A DNA stretch of 32,000 bases from an uncultured Actinomycetota bacterium (GTDB lineage Bacteria > Actinomycetota > Actinomycetes > Actinomycetales > Micrococcaceae), in the NCBI GenBank assembly GCA_963696055.1, contig CAVOIE010000006.1, positions 531,431-563,430 on the forward strand, in the 5' to 3' direction. Shown in pieces: positions 16,673 through 22,915 of the stretch (its first letter is position 1; each line of letters begins with the position of its first letter). Under the pieces are notes generated by a model. The model made no database searches. It was not told the origin of the DNA and saw only the letters and a list, made by a program, of their open reading frames with translations. The position numbers were made by a program, and so were the translations under genes.

Positions 16673-17795
16673 TGAACTGCTGATAGTCGGCGGATTGGCG
16701 GTTCTGCTCGGTCCAGAGGATCCGATCGAGGTCCGCGTTGGTGGGCCGGTAGTTGTAGAGCATCCGGTAGTAGTTGGTCATCTTGCGGCGCAACCTGGAC
16801 TGCTCCTGCGGGAAGGCGATATCGCTCAGCCAGTGCCACATGAGCGGCGATTCCTGACCCGGTGGATCCCAGCGGTAGCCGCCGAGCGGTACCTTGTAGA
16901 CCCGCCGGGACCGGACCGCGGCGATGTTCTTCCAGACCGGATCGTCGTACACGTCCTGCGGCATGGCGGCGTCGAAATTACCCAGCAGGATGACCTCCGG
17001 ATCCCAGTTCAGGACCTGCTCCACGTCCAGTCCCACCATCCCGGTCCCAGGCAGCGCCTCCGGTCCGGTGGCCGGATTGCTGCCGCCTACCAGCTTGATG
17101 TAGAAGTCGTTGTAGGTCTTGGCGGCCGCCGCCTTGAGCCCGCCCACAAATCGGTTGAAGTACAGGATGCTCGGCCCGGGCCCGCTACGTCCGGCCGCGA
17201 GTTCCTTGACCTCCGAGAGTTCTCGGTCACTGTGGCCCTTGATCTCCGTGGCGCGTTCCGGCTTCCCGAGCATGGCGGAAAACATGGCGATCCACGCGTC
17301 CACGTCCTCCTGCTTGCCGTTGTTGACCAGGCCGATCACTTTCAGCCCGGCGTTTTCCAAGGGGGCCACCAGCTGGGCATCGCTCCATTGGATGACGACG
17401 TCGGGGTTCAGCGCCCGGATGCTCTCGACGTTGGGCGTGAAATCCTGTGTGGCGATCTCGTGCGGAAGCTCCAGTGCCCGGGGGAAGATGGTGCCGAGGA
17501 TGCCGTCGCGCATCGCCACCCATGATGCGTTGTGCATAGCGGCCAGGTGATCTGCGCTGCCGTCCACTGCCACCAGCAGCGAGGCCGCCGGCATGGGAAT
17601 GGTCACGACACTGGTGACCGGCCGGTCGAAGGTGATGGTCCGGCCCTGCTGATCACGGAAGCTGATGCCTGCAGGCGTGCTGCCTTCGGTCTGTGACGGC
17701 GCGGTGCGGCCGGCACTGCATCCGGCCAGTAAGGCGACGCCGCCGCCCAGCCCGATGACCTGCAGGATTGACCGGCGGTTGAACTCAGCGGTCAT
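16662..17795 (-). CDS. Periplasmic-binding-protein type 2 (FecB/BtuF-like) substrate-binding lipoprotein with Tat-type signal
   Basis: ORF 16662..17837(-) trimmed to the ATG at 17795, which has GGGAG 8 nt upstream. The leader MTAEFNRRSILQVIGLGGGVALLAGCSAG combines a twin-arginine motif with a lipobox. The body resembles siderophore/cobalamin-type SBPs. It is the first gene of an SBP-permease-ATPase operon. Confidence 0.85.
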   Translation of the reverse strand: MTAEFNRRSILQVIGLGGGVALLAGCSAGRTAPSQTEGSTPAGISFRDQQGRTITFDRPVTSVVTIPMPAASLLVAVDGSADHLAAMHNASWVAMRDGILGTIFPRALELPHEIATQDFTPNVESIRALNPDVVIQWSDAQLVAPLENAGLKVIGLVNNGKQEDVDAWIAMFSAMLGKPERATEIKGHSDRELSEVKELAAGRSGPGPSILYFNRFVGGLKAAAAKTYNDFYIKLVGGSNPATGPEALPGTGMVGLDVEQVLNWDPEVILLGNFDAAMPQDVYDDPVWKNIAAVRSRRVYKVPLGGYRWDPPGQESPLMWHWLSDIAFPQEQSRLRRKMTNYYRMLYNYRPTNADLDRILWTEQNRQSADYQQFNAG

Positions 17796-17989
17796 GGGCA
17801 CGCTCCCGGATGCTGTGGCATTGCGCCGTTGCGGCATCAGGGACGCTGAGGCCGCGGTGCTTCAGTGTAAACAGCATTGTCCTCGGGGTCAGGCCTGTCA
17901 ACGACTCGGCGAGAGCCGCCCATGTTCCTTGCCGGTGTCTCATGCCCGGTGCTACCGTCGAAGCACGCATTAGCGGAAGGTGGCACATC

Positions 17990-18763
17990 ATGGTCATCGA
18001 CGGCGCCCAGTTGTTTGTCCGTTATGCCTACCCGCCCAACGCCCGCGGCAGCTGCGGGCCGCTGGACAGCGACGCGCTGCTCCACTACGGACAGACCGGA
18101 GTCACCGACAAGGGGCTCCGCGAACTCGCCAAGGGTTTCGCCGGCGCCTACCCGTATCTGGAGCTGATCGCCGGGGCGACCGGCATCCCGGATCCGTTGG
18201 ACCATCGCGTCGTGGAGGCCTACTGGGTGGGCAATAGCCTGTTGGATTCCGTGGGGATCCGGAACATGGGCAATTCCATGGAGGACCGCTTCCGCGCTCG
18301 GACCGGCCAGCAGTTCCCGCACCTCGTGGAAGGGGTCCTGGCAGGCGGCGTTCCGCACCACAGCTTCCATGTCTTCGAGATTTACCCCTGGCTGGGCCTA
18401 CTGCGCGATGAGCGGCGGTACGCCACGGCGCTCACCGTGCTCGACCGCTGCAGGATCCGCTGGGGACAGGTCCGCGCCATTGCCGGTGACGAGGCAGTGG
18501 TCAGCTCGCCCCAGCTGGTCTGGGACGGCACGTTTCTCTCCGTCGGGGAGCCGGTTGTCGAGACCGCGAAATTCGCCGTGGCGGGAACGGGGTTCGTGGA
18601 GAAGCTCAACGTCGGGGATGTGGTCTCTCTCCATTGGGACTGGGTGTGTGATGTCCTGACCCCGCATGCTCTGCGGCAGCTGCAGCACTTCACCGCCCGG
18701 CACCTGGAGATCGCCAACAAGGGCGTCGAGCATCGCGGCGCGGCGATCGCGCTGGAACGTTAG
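17990..18763 (+). CDS. Conserved hypothetical protein (257 aa), convergent with the hydrogenase operon
   Basis: ORF 17810..18763(+) trimmed to the ATG at 17990, which is preceded by GGAAGGTGG. The sequence MVIDGAQLFVRYAYPPNARGSCGP...VEAYWVGNSLLD...HHSFHVFEIYPW... has coding-like composition and no motif I can assign. From memory, similar proteins are annotated as a DUF next to actinobacterial hyp/hhy genes. This is unverified. Confidence 0.7.
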   Translation: MVIDGAQLFVRYAYPPNARGSCGPLDSDALLHYGQTGVTDKGLRELAKGFAGAYPYLELIAGATGIPDPLDHRVVEAYWVGNSLLDSVGIRNMGNSMEDRFRARTGQQFPHLVEGVLAGGVPHHSFHVFEIYPWLGLLRDERRYATALTVLDRCRIRWGQVRAIAGDEAVVSSPQLVWDGTFLSVGEPVVETAKFAVAGTGFVEKLNVGDVVSLHWDWVCDVLTPHALRQLQHFTARHLEIANKGVEHRGAAIALER

Positions 18764-18793
18764 CCCGCGAACCCTTTAGCCCCGGGAACGTCA

Positions 18794-18816
18794 CCCTTGG
18801 AACATTGGCCCAAGGG
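18794..18816. terminator. Candidate bidirectional terminator hairpin between convergent genes
   Basis: CCCTTGG (18794-18800) pairs with CCAAGGG (18810-18816), giving a 7-bp perfect stem with a 9-nt loop. It lies in the 67-nt gap between the stops at 18763 (+) and 18831 (-). There is no U-tract. Confidence 0.35.
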
Positions 18817-18830
18817 CGGGCAACCACGCG

Positions 18831-19187
18831 CTACGGTGCCTGCGGAGCAGCCTCCCCCGATGCCTCGTCGGTGCCGACGTCGGTGGAATCGCGGGTCGTC
18901 GAAGTGCCCGTGGGACGCCCGGACGGCCCCTTGGTCCCGGTGTCCTCCCGGCCAGGCTCCTTGCCGTCCTGCCCGGCCACTTCCTCGCCGCCGCGGGTCA
19001 TGCTCTCGCCGACCCCTTCCGGAGCCATCCTGGCGTCGGCCGGAGTCTCCTCCTGCCCGGGGTGCTCCGGTTCTTTCGCCGGAGGTTCGCTGCCCCAGGC
19101 GCGCGCGGTGCCTTTGTTACCGGTGCCCTCCCCGCCGGTCTCGGGTTCGCGCTGTTCACCGGACACTGACGGTTGTTCCTCGGACAT
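18831..19187 (-). CDS. Small acidic, Gly/Glu/Pro/Thr-rich intrinsically disordered protein (118 aa), last gene of the hydrogenase operon
   Basis: The ATG at 19187 is preceded by a strong GAGGAGG (revcomp of 19191-19197) and lies 47 nt after the hypC stop. The sequence is MSEEQPSVSGEQREPETGGEGTGNKG...DEASGEAAPQAP. It has G/C-rich third positions and no hydrophobic core. The longer ORF-track version (to 19490) overlaps hypC and is rejected. Confidence 0.5.
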   Translation of the reverse strand: MSEEQPSVSGEQREPETGGEGTGNKGTARAWGSEPPAKEPEHPGQEETPADARMAPEGVGESMTRGGEEVAGQDGKEPGREDTGTKGPSGRPTGTSTTRDSTDVGTDEASGEAAPQAP

Positions 19188-19234
19188 GGTTTCCTCCTCG
19201 CTAGAAGTGCTGTTCGATTTCCGGCATGCGCGGC

Positions 19235-19492
19235 CTAGGGCAATTCGCCCCCGGATTCCCGCTCTTGCCCCATCAATTCGAGGCCGGTCATCGCCTCCTC
19301 CGCACCCTCTGCGTCCACCCGCTGCAAGGCGAAGCCCATATGGATCAGGATCCAGCTGCCGGCTTCCGGCGGGCCGTCGTCGAGCAGGCCGATGTTGATT
19401 TTCCGCTCCGCCCCGGCAACATCCACGAGGGCGAGCTGGCCGCCGTAACCCTCGACGAGCTCGATGACCCGCCCCGGTATTCCCAGGCACAT
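19235..19492 (-). CDS. hypC: Hydrogenase maturation chaperone HypC/HybG/HupF
   Basis: 85 aa with the invariant N-terminus MCLGIPGRV (Cys2) and a small OB-fold-sized protein. AAGGAGG lies upstream and overlaps the TAA of the protease gene. Confidence 0.93.
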   Translation of the reverse strand: MCLGIPGRVIELVEGYGGQLALVDVAGAERKINIGLLDDGPPEAGSWILIHMGFALQRVDAEGAEEAMTGLELMGQERESGGELP

Positions 19493-19504
19493 GGCGGTAC
19501 CTCC

Positions 19505-20047
19505 TTAGCTGCGATGGGAAAGGTTTTCTTCCAAGAGGGTGACGACGGCGGCGATCGCCTTCGGGACGGCGGCCGCCACCGCCGGAGAGAGCCCGATGCC
19601 TTCCGTCGTATCGGCCGGCACGCAGCCAACGACGTAGGTTGGCGGCAGTGTGCCGCCCAGAGAACGTAGCCGGTTCAACACCGCGGCCGGATCCATGCCA
19701 TGTGGATCCAACGGCCCTGCGTCCGCGAGGTCTTCGGCACCGACGCGCAGGATCCGGATGCTGCCCGGTTCTGCATCGGGCGCAGCGGGAGGGACGGTGT
19801 CGACCAGGACCAGCGCTTCCACGCCGGCCAGCAGGTCGTACGCCAGATGCATTCCCCGGATTCCATAGTCGATTACTTGCAGTCCGGGTCGTTGGCCGGC
19901 CCCGGCTGCGGTCAGTCGCTGTGCCACTTCCGGGCCGAAGCCGTCATCGCGCAGGAACATGTTGCCGACGCCGGCCACCAAGGTACGTCCGGTGAAATCC
20001 GCGGCCGTATCACCGGCGGCTGTGCGTGGTTGGTTCCTGGTGTTCAC
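19505..20047 (-). CDS. [NiFe]-hydrogenase maturation endopeptidase (HybD/HupD/HyaD family)
   Basis: TLVAGVGNMFLRDDGFGPEVAQRL...DYGIRGMHLAYDLL...LVLVDTV...DPHGMDP matches the GxGNxxxxDDGxG and Dx(H) motifs of the family. The start is assigned to the GTG at 20047, which overlaps the stop of the upstream micro-ORF (GTGA). The ORF-track extension to 20389 is Arg/Pro-rich and overlaps the upstream gene. Confidence 0.85.
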   Translation of the reverse strand: MNTRNQPRTAAGDTAADFTGRTLVAGVGNMFLRDDGFGPEVAQRLTAAGAGQRPGLQVIDYGIRGMHLAYDLLAGVEALVLVDTVPPAAPDAEPGSIRILRVGAEDLADAGPLDPHGMDPAAVLNRLRSLGGTLPPTYVVGCVPADTTEGIGLSPAVAAAVPKAIAAVVTLLEENLSHRS

Positions 20048-20163
20048 ATCCGGCTCAGCTTCAAGTAGCGCCGGATGTCCGGGAGCGACCGCAGCCCGGC
20101 GTAGAGGAGGCCGAGCGCGACGGCGGAAAGCATGCCGGTGGCCACCATGCCTACTGCTCTCAT
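20044..20163 (-). CDS. 39-aa single-TM micro-protein (not in the ORF track), translationally coupled on both sides
   Basis: Hand translation of the minus strand gives MRAVGMVATGMLSAVALGLLYAGLRSLPDIRRYLKLSRM*. Its ATG (20161-20163) overlaps the TGA of the 482-aa gene (ATGA). Its TGA (20044-20046) overlaps the GTG of the protease (GTGA). It has a hydrophobic helix followed by a basic tail. It fills an otherwise unexplained 113-nt gap in a tightly packed operon. Confidence 0.55.
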   Translation of the reverse strand: MRAVGMVATGMLSAVALGLLYAGLRSLPDIRRYLKLSRM

Positions 20164-21608
20164 GATTGGTTTTCCCTTCCGTGCTGGGTTTCGGACTGTC
20201 CGCCGGACGGGGCAGGATCAAGAGGCTCCAGTTCGTCCGGCGCGTAGTAGAAGGATCGGCCGTAGCCCTCGTGCAGGTCGGCCGCGGGGTCCTCTTCGAA
20301 GACCAGGCCGACGTGCGTGCTGCCGTCGACGTCGAAATGGACGCTGGTGACCCTTGCAGCCTGGCCCGCGAAAAAGAGGTCCTGGGCATCTGCCCGCCGG
20401 CCCGGTTTCACACGTACCCGGCTGCCGCGGGCCACCGTAACGTTTCCGATCAGCACGGCGTCCTCGTCGGGATGCACGCTGGCGTCCGCCGCGGGATCCC
20501 ACCACGGAAGACTCTCGGATCCGCTGCTGCCCCCGGATCCAGCCGCCGGCTCTTCGGTGAGCGTTGGGAAGGCCGGGGCGTGGGGATCGCGCAGGACGCC
20601 GTGCAGCCGCTGCAGTTCCTCGGGTGACATCGCGGCGCAGCGATCGATCACCGCCGCCGCCCGCGGATCGGTGGCCCGTGCCTCCGCCTTTTCCTCTTCC
20701 GTCAGGGTCAGCACCCGGAGGGTGAGGATCTCGTCGATCTCCGTCGAGTCGTACAGCTCCACCGAGCTTTCCGGGGCGACGGCGGGATGGTCGTAGAGGA
20801 TGATGGGCGAGATGAGCAGCACGTCGGTCTGGCCTTCGGGTCCGGCGAGCACCGGCCAGCACCGGTGCTGGGTGCAGGACCGCGCCGCGGCTGCTGCCGC
20901 TTCCGGCGGCTCGAGCAGGGAGAGGAAATCCCCGTCCTGCAGGGTCAGCAGAGCGTGGGTTCCGATGAACGACAAGGCGATGGCGTCCTGCTTGTCTGCG
21001 GCTCCGGGCTCGTCCGCAGCGGGACCGAGGTTCTTCGCGGTGACATGCAGCCGCATCACTCCGTCGTCGTGTGGCGTCGCGGTCAGCCTGACCTCTCCGC
21101 GGAGCCGGCGACGGCGGCGCACCAGCCGCCCCGCAATCTGCCCTACGCTGTCGATGAGCAACTCGCTGTCCCGGCCGGCCTGCACCTCGACCGGCAGCGC
21201 CAGCCCGTCCCCCTGCCCGCCGGCCAGGTCAGCCAGCGCAAACGGACCCAGGGCGATCTCCTGCTCCACGGCTTCGTCCCAGGTCAGCCACCGGTCGGCA
21301 CCCAGCGTGAGCTGCCCGACGGACCTGAACGCCCCGTCGTCGCACTTTTCCTCCACGGTCCGGGTCTGCAGCTGGAGGAAGCGCAGGTGCACCTCCAGCG
21401 CTGCGTTCGGGCCAGCGGTGAGCAGGCAGTCCGCGGACAGGTAGGGTTCCTCACCGAGCCCCGCCGCCGCGGCGCCGGGCGGGCCGAGGATACCGAACTG
21501 CCAGCGTGCCTGGTTCTTCCGGGACGACGCCCGGTACGGGTAGAGCAGGTACCCCTCGTAGAGGACAGCATCGGCGACGGCGCGGGCCAGGCTCAGTCCC
21601 ATGTTCAT
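20160..21608 (-). CDS. Conserved hypothetical protein, 482 aa, hydrogenase-operon encoded
   Basis: Long ORF with coding-like composition (MNMGLSLARAVADAVLYEGYLLYPYRASSRKNQARWQFGILGP...). The ATG at 21608 overlaps the upstream stop (ATGA), and its stop overlaps the downstream micro-ORF start. I can see no recognisable catalytic or cofactor motif. Confidence 0.8.
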   Translation of the reverse strand: MNMGLSLARAVADAVLYEGYLLYPYRASSRKNQARWQFGILGPPGAAAAGLGEEPYLSADCLLTAGPNAALEVHLRFLQLQTRTVEEKCDDGAFRSVGQLTLGADRWLTWDEAVEQEIALGPFALADLAGGQGDGLALPVEVQAGRDSELLIDSVGQIAGRLVRRRRRLRGEVRLTATPHDDGVMRLHVTAKNLGPAADEPGAADKQDAIALSFIGTHALLTLQDGDFLSLLEPPEAAAAAARSCTQHRCWPVLAGPEGQTDVLLISPIILYDHPAVAPESSVELYDSTEIDEILTLRVLTLTEEEKAEARATDPRAAAVIDRCAAMSPEELQRLHGVLRDPHAPAFPTLTEEPAAGSGGSSGSESLPWWDPAADASVHPDEDAVLIGNVTVARGSRVRVKPGRRADAQDLFFAGQAARVTSVHFDVDGSTHVGLVFEEDPAADLHEGYGRSFYYAPDELEPLDPAPSGGQSETQHGRENQS

Positions 21609-22261
21609 TGCGGCGGCTCACCCACAACGTTTGCGGCGGCACCGGCCAGCAGCGCCTCCATGGTTGCCTCCCAAGAGGTGAGCCCCCGGACCGCCTTGAA
21701 GCGGGCCAACGATGCGAGCACCTCGCGGTCCAGCCGGAGCCAGCCGGTGTTGGGGAAGTGCAGGTCCATGAGCCGGCGCCACGCCTCCACCGGCAGCTGA
21801 TAGGAAGCCTCGAGGTCCCACGGCACCTGTTCCACCGTGAACCCGGTCTGGCCTCTGGTGAAGACGGTGCCGGAGAACAGCAGTTCCAGCGGGACCGTGC
21901 CCTCGTGCAGGGCGTTCAGGTACTTGGCCGCCGCCACGTCGAAATCGAAGGTACAGGGTAGCGGCAGATCCACCTCGGTGCTGCCGGTAAACCCCTGGAC
22001 CAGGGCGCTGCACTGCAGCCAGAGGAAGGACTTCAGCGTCGAGGGCCAGCGGCCGCGCTCACCGAAAAGATCCAGCAGCCCCGGTTCCTCGTCCGGGCCA
22101 TAGCCGCGCCGCTGCGGCAGGATGCGGACCTGGCAGCGCAGCGCGATCGCATGGACGACGGCGGCGCTGGACTCGGTCACGCGCAGCCGGGCAGTCAGCT
22201 GGGGAGCCGCCGCGTAGGGCTCGGGCTGGATGTCGAGGACAGTGAAGGACAAGTCGGTCAC
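21605..22261 (-). CDS. Conserved hypothetical protein, 218 aa, hydrogenase-operon encoded
   Basis: ORF 21605..22387(-) trimmed to the GTG at 22261, which overlaps the upstream stop (GTGA at 22258-22261). The sequence is VTDLSFTVLDIQPEPYAAAPQLTARLRVTESS...FSGTVFTRGQTGFTVEQVPWDLEASYQLPVEAWRRLMD. No motif could be assigned. Confidence 0.72.
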   Translation of the reverse strand: MTDLSFTVLDIQPEPYAAAPQLTARLRVTESSAAVVHAIALRCQVRILPQRRGYGPDEEPGLLDLFGERGRWPSTLKSFLWLQCSALVQGFTGSTEVDLPLPCTFDFDVAAAKYLNALHEGTVPLELLFSGTVFTRGQTGFTVEQVPWDLEASYQLPVEAWRRLMDLHFPNTGWLRLDREVLASLARFKAVRGLTSWEATMEALLAGAAANVVGEPPQ

Positions 22262-22914
22262 GGCACATCCTCCGGCCCGGCGCTGCTCCGGTCGTCCTCG
22301 CGCACCGGCCGGCACCGGCCCTGGACCTGGTTGAAGAACATCCGGAGTTGCTCGCGGGACTGCTGTCCGCCGTCGAACCCGCGCCACACACGGCGCAGCT
22401 GGCCCACCAGTTCGTAGCAGGCGTCCACCGGGACCAAGTAGCAGTCCGCCTGGGCCCGTTCGGGTCCCGGACCACGGATCAGCAGCGCCTCGGTATCAGC
22501 GGCGGCAACGGACAGGCTCGGATTGCGCGCCACCACCGCTCCCCACGCCTCCAGCGAAAGTTCGGATTCGGTGGCTCCCGCGGGGCCCGGATAGAAGGCG
22601 ACCGTGCGCTCCAACTTGGAACTGTGGAAGAAGAAGGCCAGGCCTACCGGAATCTCGAGTTCCTCCCACTGGCCCGGGCCGAGCTCGAAGTCGGGGAAGG
22701 AGAGGTAGCGGTCCGGGACGGCGCGGTAGCGGAGCCAGGCGGAGGCGTCCGTGAAGAGCAGGTAGCACGGCCGGCAGGTGCAGAGCATGCCGCGGCTTTC
22801 CACATCGACCACGTGCTGGTGTTGCTCCGCGATGGGCTCGCCGCACATCTCGCAGCGCGCACCGGTCTCGGTCCGCTTGGTGGCCGCGATCTTGCGCAGC
22901 AGCGCAATATCCAT
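22258..22914 (-). CDS. Conserved hypothetical Cys-motif protein, 218 aa (CxxC ... CxCxxC), hydrogenase-operon encoded
   Basis: MDIALLRKIAATKRTETGARCEMCGEPIAEQHQHVVDVESRGMLCTCRPCYLLF... carries five clustered cysteines resembling a zinc-ribbon/rubredoxin-like metal site. The ATG at 22914 lies 1 nt after the TGA of the preceding gene (22916-22918). Confidence 0.8.
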   Translation of the reverse strand: MDIALLRKIAATKRTETGARCEMCGEPIAEQHQHVVDVESRGMLCTCRPCYLLFTDASAWLRYRAVPDRYLSFPDFELGPGQWEELEIPVGLAFFFHSSKLERTVAFYPGPAGATESELSLEAWGAVVARNPSLSVAAADTEALLIRGPGPERAQADCYLVPVDACYELVGQLRRVWRGFDGGQQSREQLRMFFNQVQGRCRPVREDDRSSAGPEDVP

Positions 22915-22915
22915 C

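Noticed and set aside
17796-17989. Cobalamin riboswitch upstream of the BtuF/FecB-like SBP
   Set aside because: Reading the minus strand, I found no B12 box (AGYCMGGAGACCKGCC-like). I also found no GGUG..GAAUCC or GCCACUG core elements. Only a lone TTGACA hexamer (17896-17901) is present, without a convincing -10.
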